Origin: Raillietiella orientalis
Lineage: Eukaryota
Direction of reading: 5' to 3'
Length of the DNA stretch: 64,000 nucleotides
Assembly: GCA_036172245.1 (NCBI GenBank)
Contig: JAYWIR010000103.1
Span: 62,001-126,000 of the forward strand
The notes under the pieces are model-generated. The model was not told the origin of the DNA. It did not search any database and was given only the letters and a program-made list of their open reading frames with translations. The position numbers were made by a program, and so were the translations under genes. Below, one piece after another: positions 23,541 to 36,108 of this stretch (the first letter of the stretch is position 1; the number at the start of each line of letters is the position of its first letter).

Positions 23541-25908
23541 CCTCAGATGGCACTGCCCCTCGATTTCCCACACGCAACACAGGTGGTTGTCGAGGAACAT
23601 GTGGTCGATCCTCGTCTCCGTCTTGGCGTCGCCGGCCAACAAGTTGCGCGCGTGCATGGCAGCGCACATCTTGTTGACCAGCTGTGCGCGAATGTCGGGC
23701 GCACCTGCCAGCAGGCGGACGTTAAAGTCCCCGGCAATGAGGTGCGCCTTTCGCATGTCTGCTTCGGCCAGCCAATCTCGCCGCAGGCCTTCGAAGAACG
23801 CACTGCGTTCCCCGCGCCTGTGGCTCGTTCCGGGCGCGTACACGTTGGTCACGACGAGGTCGATCGCGTCGGACCACTTGGCAACAAGCTGCCCGATTTG
23901 ACCTTCCCCGTCGAAGTGCACGTCGCGCAGCGCATTCACGACGGCTGGCTTCAGCATGAAAGCCACACCGCGAGTGCGGTCTTTCTTGTTTTGGTATATG
24001 AGCCGCCCGCCTGCGATCCGTTCGCTTTCCAGGGCCTCCTCTGCGTGGAGCACTTGCGTCTCCTGCAGAAGCGCCAGGTCGAAGTCCCGCAGGCTGGCGG
24101 CCACTTCTCTCCTCTTGCCGTCGTAGCGAACCCGTTGACGTTCCAACAGATTATGCGCAGTCGCCGGCAGGAGGAGAGTCCACGCGTTGGTGTGTGTATG
24201 GTGTTTGCTTACCGTCCTTCGCCTGCTGTTCAGCAGGCGGGACTTCTGTGTCCATTGCGACGGGCTGTTCCTCGCAAGTAGGCGGTTCGTCGGTGGTTGT
24301 GGTGATGGTTGGAGGATCCTGCTTGGCCAGGGCCGCCTCCGACGAGGAGTCGCGAGACCTCGCCGACATCGCCTCCCCGTCGTCGTGGTCCGACCGCATT
24401 TCCTCCTCTGTAGGTGGAGGTGCGGAACGCCGCGGGTTGCCTACCTTGCGGCCCGCTTTGCGCTTCGGGAGAGCGACAGCCGGAGAGTTGCCGGCTTCGG
24501 CTTCGGACTCGGAAGTCTCCGGTCCTTTCGCCTCAGCCGGACGCCTCAAGGCCTTCTTCTCGGCCTTGGGAGGTTGCTGGAGCATGGCTGCCAACTCTTC
24601 CGCCGCCTTATTGAAGTCCCGGTCGTCGCTGCTCACGCTGGGCTCGCGACTTTGTCGCGGCGTCGGCGTTCGCGCGGCGGCGGGTTGAACAGATGGCGTG
24701 ACGTCACATCGCATCAATCCGTCAGCGGAGCGAGTATCGATCGCCGGCACGCGTTTGATGGCCACGCTGGACGCTTTGATTGTTGGGAGTGGCGCGACCT
24801 TCACCTTGCCCTTCACCACTTTCGCCGGTGCGGGCGCGGTTTTTTGGACGATTTTTATTTTACGGGTGACCAGCTGCCAGCCTTCCTCTTCGGCAGTCTT
24901 TTCCGGGAGCTCCTGTACCGAGTCCCTTTCCTGCTGCGCGACTTTTGTCGGAGCCGACGGCTGATCCCCTTTTGTGGGGTTTATCACTATTTTTGCCTTC
25001 CCTTCCTTCTTTTGCGGAAGTTCCGGCGTTGCAGCGACGTTCATCGGGCACACCACTTTGGTGTGGCTTCTCAGGCCGCACGTTGGGCAAACTGCGTCCG
25101 GACACTGCTTTTTCAAATGCCCGAACGACTTACAATTGCCACAAAATTTAGGTTTCCCCACAAACCAAATGTCGGCGAACTCGTCGTTAATTTGGAGCTT
25201 GTGGGGAAGCTGTACGCTTTCTCGAAGCGTCACGCGTGCGCCTACTCGCCCACTAAATGCACCGTTCACTCCGAAGGTGTTGGGCTTTCTTCACATCGCG
25301 AGAACGCTTGCGAATTTTTCCAGTTCAGCGCGGATGGCGTTCTCATCCATCCGCACTGTTGTCCCTGTTAAGTGGACCACAATGGAGTAGTCCACCGTGT
25401 GTGGGAGTAAATTCCTGCCCTCAAATTGTACGGGCGTGCAGAGCATCTTGTGGGTAAGAGCTGCATCCTTGCAGATGAGCTCCGCCAAATGCCCTCCGCT
25501 CCGTAGTGATAGGCAAAGGATTTCATGGTCGGCAATGCCCATCTTTTTGATGGTATTGCCGAACTTTTGCGCCCTTAACGGGGAATATAAATTTCCTATC
25601 TGGTACAAGAGGGCCGGATTGTAGCCCTCCTAGATGTAGGATTGAATTTCGGCGGCGACATCGGGCGTTTCCGCCGCTGGCACCGCGCTCCAGGCTTTCG
25701 CCGTAGTGGCGGGTTCAGAAGTAGTGGTGGGGCGTGATCCCACCTCCTTTGGCTTGGGAGACGCGATCTTCCCGCCTTCCTCACCTGAAACTTCGGCGTT
25801 TACAAACATTTCTGTCTGTCAACATCCGCCAAACACACACGAAACACCAAACAAAAAAACTCCCTATCCACGGACCGCTCGGGCGCGGCCGAAGTTCCCC
25901 GCCTCCTA
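23541..25908 (-). mobile_element. Divergent subfamily G: ORF1 (frameshifted, about 25810-24151) + APE domain
   Basis: CGNCKSFGHLKKQC, CPTCGLRSHTKVVC; LLQETQV, NVYAP, IAGDFN, RIDH. Confidence 0.88.
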
Positions 25909-25909
25909 A

Positions 25910-26490
25910 AGAGCTACTACTCCTCCTTGTATGCTAGGGAAACGACGGAAAGCAGTCTCTCGGAGCTGCTTCTGCCGGCGGATTCCCCGTCGGTCGCCGA
26001 GGAGGAACGCGCCACTCTTGAATTGCCTTTCACGGCGGAAGAAGTGTCTTCCACCATATCGGGCCTCAAGAAGCGCAAGTCACTAGATGAGGATGGTCTG
26101 CCTGCGGAGTTCTTCCAGTACTTCGCGGCGGAACTCATCCCTTTGGTGCTGAGGCTTTCTGCGCTGATGCGAGAGACGGGCAATGTACCGGCCTCGTTTC
26201 GCTCATGAAGGGTGTGTCTGGAGAGGAAAGGCGGAGACATGCGCCTTTTAAGCAACTGGCGTCTCATTAACTTGGTGAATGCGGACGTCAAGTTGTTCTC
26301 CTGGCTCTGGGTCGCGCGCCTAGGCAAGATCGCTGAATCCGTGGTAATTCCGAAGCAGTCTTACGCTGTTCCCGGACGGTCCATGGAGGCGTAACTGTTC
26401 TTCGCGCGCACGTGGATCAAGCTGCAACGTCGCGTGGAGCACGAAAGCCAGAAAACCGCATCTGCGGCTAACAGGGCTAGGCGTCGCAGC
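25910..26490 (+). pseudogene. D-related ORF2 fragment (RT N-terminus)
   Basis: YYSSLYARE, DEDGLPAEFF, NWRLINLVNADVKLFS. Confidence 0.85.
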
Positions 26491-26492
26491 AT

Positions 26493-29400
26493 TTGGGGAG
26501 GGTTGCGTCGACGTTGTCGGACCATTCCCGGTTAATTTTCGAGATACGGCCTCGTGACAAGGGACCGCCATCCAGGGATTGGCGTCTGCCGGGGGACTGG
26601 ACGCGACTCTCAGGTGCGAAGGAACACCTTCGCGAATTCCTGAGAGGCGTCACCCTCCGCAGTCTCAAAGATTGGGACCTCTTCAAGGCGTCGGTCCGCG
26701 AGTTCTGTGAGCAGTTCCCCCTGCACCGCCTGCCCCCCGGATTTTGGGAGGGGGCTCGGAACCATAGGGCCTATTTGCAGGCCCGCCGGTACGAGAGGAC
26801 CCCCAATGTCCGTCGCCTGGCCGAATATCGAGCCGGGGCCGAGCGCCAAGCCTGGCAATCCGGGTCGGCCAGCTTGCTGGACGACCAGGGCCGGGAGCGA
26901 TCAACCCCACCCGCGATCAGGCACCTCGTGCGGCAGTATTATTCCTCCCTCTACGCTAGGGCACCCCCAGAGCATGACGCCTCGCGACTCCTGCTTCCGG
27001 ACGGAGGCCAGGCAATAGGGGAGGAGGAGAGGATCAGCCTCGACGAGATTTTATCTACCGGTGAAATTCTCGCCGGTATTAAAAGGCTTAAGAGGCGTAA
27101 GGCGCCAGGGGAGGACGGCCTGCCTGCGGAATATTTTCAATGCTTCGCGAAAGAGCTGGCCCCCCTGGTGCTCCAGTGGACCGGGCTGATCCGAAACGAA
27201 GGCGACGTTCCCGCCTCGTTTCGGTCATCCCGTGTGAGGCTCCTCCCTAAGGGAGGAGACCTGAGATCCCTAGGCAACTGGCGTCCGATCACAATTGTGA
27301 ATACGGACGCCAAGCTGGTCGTTGGACTGTGAGCTTCGCGTCTAGGACAGGTGGCAGACTCTATAATTAGCCCGGAGCAGACATACGCTGTTCCCAAGCG
27401 AAGTATGGATGTCAACCTGTTTTTCGCGAATACATGGTTCCATGTGCAGCGCTGCCTAAATGAAACTGGCGGAAAGGTTGACAACCCCACTTTGGGGCCG
27501 GCAGCTGGGCTGGGAATGGACACCCGGGCTGGGAAGGGGGCCCTAGCGATCGCGGTCGATCTCCATAAGGCGTTCGACTGCGTTGACCAGGAGCTACTGT
27601 TGGAGCTCCTAAGTCGCATGGGCTTCCCACCCTCCCTTCTCTCCTTCATGCGCTCCTAATGGCGCAACGCCATCCTTAACATCTGCTTTTCTAGACAACA
27701 GGTGTACGGCGTGCCGGTGCAGCGGGGCATACGGCAGGGCGATGGCCTCAGTCCCCTGCTCTTTAGCACCTACTTTGAGTTGGTGCTGAGAGCGTACAGG
27801 GTGACTTTGGTCGCCCTGCCCAGCTCGTGCCCCGGCACGCCCGCCGTAGCAGCATACGCCGACGACCTTCTGCTCATGTTGCCCATGTCCGCCCCGGCAG
27901 CCGCAGTCGAGGATTTCTTCGACCTGCTAAGTCGTGGGACTGGACTCCGGGTAAACAAGGCGAAGTCGTCGGTCGTACCGCTGGGTGCGACGTGGGTCGG
28001 ACGGCCTGACTGGATTCGCTTGGGGATCCCTGCGGCCAGGTACCTGAAGTACCTGGGTGTCCCGTTGGGGGATTTCTGCCTCGCAGAAGCGTGGTCAGGT
28101 CGTCTCCAAAAGGTAGAGTTGGCAATCGGCCCGTTCCTGGAAGGCAAGTTTCACTTGCCGGAACGGGCCGCGGTGTGGAACGCGTTCGCGGCTCCCATCC
28201 TCCGCACCCTGCTTTTTGTTTGCTCCGTCCCCCGTGACATTAAAAAGAGGACCAAGGACCTATTCCGCATCGCCCTCTGGGGCAGCGGGAGGCCACGTGT
28301 GCCTCTAGATGACTTATGCGCTCCTCGTCGGGACGGCAATCTCGGCCTCCTGACGCTGGAGCGCCTGGACATACAGCTGCGATGGCGCACCCTGGCCATC
28401 GTAGCAAAGTCATGGAGCACCCCTTGGTGCGTTCCGGCTTGACTCCTCGCCAGCCGTGTGTCCAGGACGCAAGGACTCGCGTCGTACCTTCTGTGCTCTG
28501 GCAGGAAGGTCAGAAGATGCGGCCTTCTCCTTGGGCGCATGGAAGCCCTGGTCAGAGACAACGGCTGGACGGTATGCAGCCCCGCCAACTCCTCCGCCTG
28601 GCTGGAGGAATCCGTTGCGACGTAAGCCAAGCTGAACCTCCAGACTTCCCCGGACTGGAACCGCCGGCGATTCGGCCCCAACGCCTGCTGCACACTGCGG
28701 ACTACTCTGGAGTGTCCCGCCAAAAGCACGTGGGCGGAGAGTACCCCTCTAGCTTCGACCCTGCCTTTCCTACGAAGGGCTTTAACCAGCGGCCGCAAGC
28801 CAAAGTGGCAAGTCTCCTGCCGAATCGCAGGCAAGGAAAAAAAGATCAACGGTTGGACCATGGGAGAACTGGCGGATGCCACGACCCCGAGTGCTCTCCC
28901 TCGTGGACTTCGTCGATGGGGCGAGCTGCTCGGCATCCCGACGGATGACCTGAAGTGGCCCCCAATACTGATAGGATCCAGGCTTCTCCCCCTGAAGTGG
29001 CAAGAGTCGGCGCTGCTGCTGTTGCACTGGGGTCTACCCTGCAACACGCGCCGCTTCCACTGGACGCGGGGGAGTGTAACGCCTGAGTGTGAAAGGTGTG
29101 GGAAGCGGGAATCGCTCCCCCACCTACTAGTTGACTGTGCTGCCCTCCGACCCCTGTGGGAACGGTTCGGGACGACCTTCGGGCTCCCAATGGGCACCAC
29201 GCCCAGAGACGTTCTTCCGCCCCTCTGCGTGCGGGACGCCCTGCAGCCCGCCGCAGCCCTCGCAGCTTTCTGCTGCATCCGGGGCATCGTGGCGGCATGA
29301 AGCGACATTCGCGACGAAGGAGTGGATGCCAACGTGAGGGATGTCATCCCGTATGCGGTCTGCTTCATGCAGAGAGCAGCGAGATGGCCCCATCTGGGAA

Positions 29401-29678
29401 ACATGAAGATGGAACTAGAGGGCATCCTGCGAAGGATGGACCCTCCTCTAAGTGGAACGTGATCCCTTCTCCTCCCTCCAAACTCTTTTTGTTTTCCTTT
29501 ATATTTATTTTTAATTTTGTTTTGATCCCTATCCCCCTCCACAGCCGAGGAGCGTCACGCTGGGCTGCGTCCCGGCGTCCCGGCAGGTCCGGTGTTGTGT
29601 GGCCGTTAGTGGGGCCTTGTACTACGTTTTCTTGTAGAGCTTTATACAATAAACGCCCCGGGCGTACCCGGGTGGAAA
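26493..29678 (+). mobile_element. 5'-truncated A-related element (subfamily B): ORF2 pseudogene + 3' UTR
   Basis: Runs from RVASTLSDH through YADD and CERCGKRESLPH to the stop at 29460-29462; several nonsense codons; terminal hairpin 29648-29678. Confidence 0.92.
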
Positions 29679-32294
29679 CCCCAAATCCCGCAGGTAAGCG
29701 ATGCAGGGGAAACTGGTCGCAGAACTCCTGGACCGACCGCTTGAAGCGGTCCCAGTCCTGAAGTGTCTGTATCCTGTAGCTACGAATAAACGCGAGGAGG
29801 TCCTCCGCCGCGTCGGGAAACTTCAGCCAGTCCCCTGGCAGACGCCACGCTGACGAGGGGGGCCCTTGTCGCGCGGACGCACTTCGAACATGATCCGACC
29901 ATGGTCCGACAGCTCGAATGGTACCTTGCCGCGCCTGCCCACCCGAGAGCATAGGTGCTGATCAAGGTACACGTGATCGATGCTGCTTTCCATGGCCGTG
30001 TCCCCGGCCAACAAGTTGCGCGTGTTCATTTCTGCGCACAACTCGTTGACGCGGTCGTTCAGTGTATCCGGCGCACCTGAAAGCAGGCGCAGGTTGAAAT
30101 CACCTGAGATCAGGTGCGCTTTAAGAACTCCTGCATCGGTCAGCCAATCGCGTCTCAGGGCAAGGTAGAATTCCCTTCTTGCCTTCGCCCTCAACGCGGC
30201 GTTTCCGCTAGGAGCGTATAGGTTGGTGCCGACCAGGTCGATAGAGTCGGACCAGCTGAGAGTCAGCTGACCGACGTGACCTGCGTCATCGTACCGAACG
30301 TCCTTTATTGCGGTCTCGATGCCTGGGCGAAGCAGGAAGGCGAAACCGCTTGATTTCGCGGTGCCGCAACGCCACAACAGCCGCCCACCCGAGATCCGTT
30401 TGATCTCCCGGGCTTGATCTGCGGAGATCACGTGGATCTCCTGCAGCAGCACTAGGTCGAAGGATGCCAGGGTGGCGGCCACGGCACGCCTCTCGCCGTC
30501 GTCGCTTAGCCCGTTCACGTTCCAACAGGCGATCAGAAGACGACGGCGAGAGGTGATTCCCGGCATTATGGCTGGGAAAGTGGCGTCGCGACACCTGCCG
30601 CGGGGCAGGTGTAGGAAAGGTCCATCGGTACGAGGACGGAGGCCTCTTCAGGCGCCTGGGGTACCTGTTCGGCCTCCATCCTCACCATCCCCTCCGTGTC
30701 CGAGCGTGGAATTCTCTCGGGCGACGGGTCCCGGGAGTTTCCCACGCTCATGGCACCCTCGCTACCGGAAGCCATCTCTTCCCCTTCGTCGGGGGAGACG
30801 ATCTTCCGGGGCATTGTGGACTTTCGTCCTGCCTTTTTGCGGGTTGCCGCGGAGATGGATGCTGTGTTTCTGGCCTTCACCTCGGGCTCGGAAGTGGCCG
30901 ATTCCTGAGGGGAAGCCGGACGCCTGACGGCCTTCTTGTTAGCCTTGGGGGCAACCGGCTGCAGCGAGGTAGCCAGCTCATCCGCGGCGCGCTCGAAGGC
31001 GACGTCATCGAGCGTGGGCTCGATGACGGACGCTGCCGCCTCGCTCCCCTCCTTGTTGACTTTGTCAACGGAGGGTTGAGCAAGGGCAGCAGCGAGATCT
31101 TTAGCGCCGCATCCGTCGATGGCGGGAATCCGCTCGACGACAACGCAGCAGCTTGCTAATTTTTCGCGGCACCAGAGCGGTTTCGCTTCGTTTCGCCACG
31201 TTCCTTTCCCTTCTTATGGGAGTTTTTCTTGGGGTCGACCTTCTGCCACCTGGCTCTTGACCTCGCCCTCGACCTTTTTCGGCGTTTTTCGCCTTGGTCT
31301 CGAGGCTGGCCTTCGCCTTGGAGGCGGAGGTGTCCTCCTTAGCAACCCCGTGGGAGCTGCCAGCTTCTTTCTCTATTTTGCTGCGCGCTTTTTCGCGTTT
31401 TTCGCGGACACGACGCGGACTGTGTTTTAGGGGCACACCAGACGGGTGTGCCCCGCTTGTTTGCATTGCTAGCACTGCACGCTCGGACACCTCATTTTAA
31501 GGTGACCAAACCTGCTGCAGCAGCCGCAAAACTAGGGTTTCCCCACGTACCACACGTCAACGAATTCACCGTTGACGATGAGTTTGTGGGGAACCTCACA
31601 TCCCTCGCGAACCGTCACTCGCGCTGCACCCAGGCCGCCTAGCACCCCGTCGTAATCGACAAAAGGAGTAGGTTTACCCCACAGCGCGTGGACAGTTGCG
31701 AATTTTTCGAATTCGTTCCGGACGGCCTCCTTCGTCATCCGGAACGTGATACCGGTCAGGTGAATGATCACCGACCGGTCTTTAGTAATTGGGAGAAGCC
31801 TCCGGCTGCCCATAATTATGGGGGTTCGCAGAAGTCTCTGCGCAAGAGTTGCCTCCTTGCAGATAACTTTCACAAATTGACCCCCGCTTCTGACGGACAT
31901 AGCCAGAAGCTCCTCTTTCTGTACGCCGAGAACGCGCATCGCCTGTGAGAATGCGCGCGCGTTCTCGGGAGAATATAGACAGCCTACCTTATATAGAAGG
32001 GGTGGGTTATACCCCTCCTCCAGGTAAGCGCGCATTTTCGCCATAGCCGCTGGAGTAGGTGCCGCAGGCACGGCGTTCCAAGCCCTGGGTAGAGACGGGG
32101 CCGCGTCCGTGCTGGCGGGAGCCTCCACTGATTCGGGAGCCCCCACCTCCATCTGCTCCGGGGGCAATGAGGTCATCGCACCCGGATCCTCACCGGTGGT
32201 GATATCAGGCATTTCTGCCTAATCCTCCACCCACACCACGCACAGGCGCCAACGGAAATGGAACTCAGGAGCAACGAAAAGACACGTCCGCTCG
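29679..32294 (-). mobile_element. Subfamily C copy C1, 5' part (ORF1 32212-30566 disrupted; APE 30566-29679), interrupted by B
   Basis: 5' CGAGCGGACGTGT; MPDITTGEDPG; TAATG overlap; MPGITSRRRLLIACWNVNGL. Confidence 0.92.
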
Positions 32295-32524
32295 ACGCTC
32301 CGGAATCTTCATTGAAACCCGGGTGCGCCGGGACGTTTATTCTAACGAATAAACTTATACAATCTGTGACTGGACCAGTAGTCCAGCCACGCCCTGGAAA
32401 GATATAGCCTGCCGGGCTACCGGTGCGCAGACCGGCGCGGTCGACCTCGGCAGCAGAGGGGAGGGGGAACGAAACAAAAAGAAAACAAAAAATAAACAAA
32501 AATCAGGGAGGGAGCGGGAAGGAA

Positions 32525-35500
32525 TCACAGTCTGCTGGGAGGGTCCGTCATCCTCTGGAGGATGCCGGCAAGCTGTTTCTGCGTGTGTGGTTCCAGATGG
32601 GGCCATCGCGTCGCCATCCTGAGGAAACGGGCGGCATACACGTTGGCATCCCTGTCGCTTGACCCTCCCGTCGCTTTGCTCCATGCCACGACGATCCCGC
32701 GTAGGCAGCACAGGGCTGCAAGCGAGGCCGCTGGAGGCAGGGCGTCACGGACGAAGAGGGGGCGCAAAGCGTCTCTAGGGTTGCCTCCGGGGATCCCCAG
32801 GGCTGCGGCAAAGCGTTTCCACAAGGGACGGAGGGCAACACAATCCACTAACAGGTGGGGGAGGTATTCCCTCTCCCCTCACCTGACACAATTAGGGTTG
32901 ACACCCCCCCGCGTCCAGTGGTGTCGGCGGGCGTTGCAAGGAAGCCCCCAATGCAACACCATCAGTGCCGACTGTTGCCACTTCATGGGGAGGGTGCGCG
33001 AGTCCATGAGCACCGGAGGCCACTCGAGATGTTCCTCTGGAACATCCAGTAGCTCTCTTCAGCGCAAAAGTCCATTTGGGGTGGTCCTCGGGGTCGCAGC
33101 GTTGGTGAGCTGACCCGTTCTCCAATCCCCGATCTTCTTTTCCCTGCTGGCGATCTTCACAGTTACCTCCCATTGTGCCGCGACGTCGCTGCCCACATGT
33201 TCCCGTAGGGTAGGCAGTACCGCAGCAAGGGAGGTTCTTTGTGCCCACGCTCTCCTTCGGGGATTCTCGATGATTTCTCGGAGCGTGCGGCGGGCATGCG
33301 GCCCGAACAGAGCTATTCGCTCGTGTTGCGGGCTCTGCTCCTGAATCATCGCCCACGTGCGGACGGTTTCCTGCAACCAGGCAGGACCGTTCGCGGGGCG
33401 TACGAGGATCCGCGCCGAGTTGTTCTTCACGAGCTTGGCCGCCCTCCGAAGTTGAAGTCCGCAGTGGCAGATGGGGCTTCCGAGTGCAAAGTAGGACGAG
33501 AGTCCCGCATTGCCGGTGGCCCGCTCGACGAGGAGACGTGCTGGGAGGCACCAAGGGGTGCACCAATTTCCTGCCATAAAGGCAACAACTCGGAACTGGA
33601 GCTGTAGCTCCAGCCGCTCCAACGTCAGGAGGCCCAGACAACCATCCCGACGAGGAGCGCACACGTCGGAAAGACGGACTCGGGGCCTCCCTCTGCCCCA
33701 AAGGGCGATCCTCAGGAGGTCCTTCGTCCTCTTCTAGTCTCTGTGCTGAAGGGGCAAACAAAAAGCAAGGGGCGAGAAGGGGGGGCCGCAAACGCGTTTC
33801 ACGCCGCGGCCCGTTCTGCAGGTAGAACCTGCCGTCCTGGAACAGACCCGATCGCCGCCTCCTGAGCCTTCTGAAGGCAGCCGGACCACGCTTCCGCAGG
33901 GAAGTAATCCCCCAACGGCACACCAAGGTACATGAAGTACCTCACCGTGGGGATCCACAAACGGACCCAGTCCTACTGCCCTGCCCACGCCGCTTCGACT
34001 GGCATTACGGACGACTTCGCCCTGTTCACCGTCAGTCCTGTTCCACGACTCAGCAGGTCGAAGAAGTCCTCGACCGCCGCAGCCGGGGTGGACATAAGCA
34101 GCAGCAGCAGAAGATCGTCCGCGTACGCCGAAACCGCAGGCGTACCGGGGCAATCGAACGGCAGGTGCGCAAGAGTCTCCCTGTACGCTCTCAGCACCAA
34201 TTCGAAAAAGGCGCTAAAGTGCAGGGGGCTCAGGCTGTCTCCCTGCCGTATGCCGCGTCGCAACGGTACTCCGTGCACGGTTTGCCCGCTGAAAAGAACA
34301 TTAATGAGCGCGTCGCGCCAGCTGGAGCGCAGGTAGGCCAACAAAGAGGCCGGGAAGCCCAAGCGTTCTAGAAGCTCCAGCAGGAGATTCTGGTCGACGC
34401 TGTCGAATGCTTTACGCAAGTCGACAGCGACCGCAAGGGCTCCCTTCCCCACCCGACCGTTCCGTCTCCCGCCAACGGACGCACCGGAATTCCGGCTGCT
34501 CAATAAGCCCCTTCCTTGTTGGAGCTCTAACCATGTGGAAGCGTGGAACAGGTTCGCCTCCATGCTCCGCCCGGGAACAGCATAAGTCTGTTCCGGGCTG
34601 ATGAAGATGTTGGCAACCCGTCCCAGACGCTCTGCCCACATCTTGGCTATCAACTTGGCGTCCGCATTCACTATTGTGATGGGACGCCAGTTGTTCATGC
34701 TCCTTAGGTCTCCTCCCTTCGGGAGGAGCCGCACCTTTGCTGAACGAAACGAGGTGGGAACGTCACCTGTTTCACGGATCAGCAAGGTGAGCTGATGTAC
34801 CAGGGGAGTAAGCTCAGCCGCGAAAGTTTGGTAAAACTCCGCGGGCAGGCCGTCCTCCCCTGGAGCCTTCCGCCTCTTGAGCTTTCCGATGGCCGAGAGG
34901 ATCTCGTCCATCGTGAAAGGCTCGTCGAGGCTTCTTTTCTCCTCCTCCCCGATCGCTGGAGCACCTTCCGGAAGGAGAAGTCGTCAGACGTCTCGCTCCG
35001 GAGGCGCCCTGACGTACAGGGTGGAGTAAAATTTTCTCACTATCCCTCGTTTCTGAGCGGGAACCGAGTGCTCCCTGCCATGGTCTTCCAGCAAGCTGGC
35101 CGTCCCGGATTGCCAGGCTTGCCTCTCGGCTCCCGCTCGATACTCTGCTAACCTGCCCATGTCGGGGGTTCTCGCGTAACATCGGGCCTGAAGATAGTGC
35201 CTTTCGTTACGCGGCCCCTCCCCAAATCCCGCAGGTAGGGGATGCAGGGGGAACTGTTCGCAGAACTCCTGGACCGACCGCTTGAAGCGGTCCCAGTCCT
35301 GAAGTGTCTGCATCCTGAAGCTCCGATTAAACGCGCGGAGGTGCTCCGCCGCGTCGGGAAACTTCAGCCAGTCCCCTGGCAGACGCCACGCTGACGAGGG
35401 GGGGCCCTTGTCGCGCGGACGCACTTCGAACATGATCCGACCATGGTCCGACAGCTCGGATGGTACCTTGCCGCGCCTGCCCTCCCGAGAGCATAGGTGC

Positions 35501-36108
35501 TGATCAAGGTACACGTGATCGATGCTGATTTCCATGGCCGTGTCCCCGGCCAACAAGTTGCGCGTGTTCATTTCTGCGCACAACTCGTTGACGCGGTCGT
35601 TCAGTGTATCCGCCGCACCTGAAAGCAGGCGCAGGTTGAAATCACCTGCGATCAGGTGCGCTTTGCGAACTCCTGCATCGGTCAGCCAATTGCGTCTCAG
35701 GGCAAGGTAGAATTCCCTTCTTGCCTTCGCCCTGAACGCGTTATTTCCGCTAGGAGCGTATAGGTTGGTGACGACCAGGTCGATAGAGTCGGACCAGCTG
35801 AGAGTCAGCTGACCGACGCGACCTGCATCATCGAACCGAACGTCCTTTATTGCGGTCTCGATGGCTGGCCGAAGCAGGAAGGCGACACCGCTTGATTTCG
35901 CGGTGCCGCAACGCCACAACAGCCGCCCACCCGAGATCCGTTCGATCTCCCGGGCTTGATCTGCGGAGATTACGTGGATCTCCTTCAGCATCACCAGGTC
36001 GAAGGATGCCAGGGTGGCGGCCACGTCACGCCTCTTGCCGTCGTCGCTTAGCCCGTTCACGTTCCAACAGGCGATCAGAAGACGACGGCGAGAGGCGATT
36101 CCCGGCAT
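32525..36108 (-). pseudogene. ORF2 (APE-RT-CCHC) of C2, several frameshifts/stops
   Basis: ORF pieces 34984-36108, 33973-34911, 33059-33664 and 32525-32848 are colinear with the open C3 frame. Confidence 0.92.

Noticed and set aside
26480..26500. B 5' junction as a TSD-bearing insertion boundary
   Set aside because: The left flank is a D-like fragment rather than the 3' half of C1, so later deletion or rearrangement is more likely; the same applies near 9195, 23360, 23540 and 25909.
32295..32311. Short recurring spacers as CRISPR-like or att-site repeats
   Set aside because: They are separated by whole 5.5-kb elements and match host ORF2 sequence, so they are target-site duplications.
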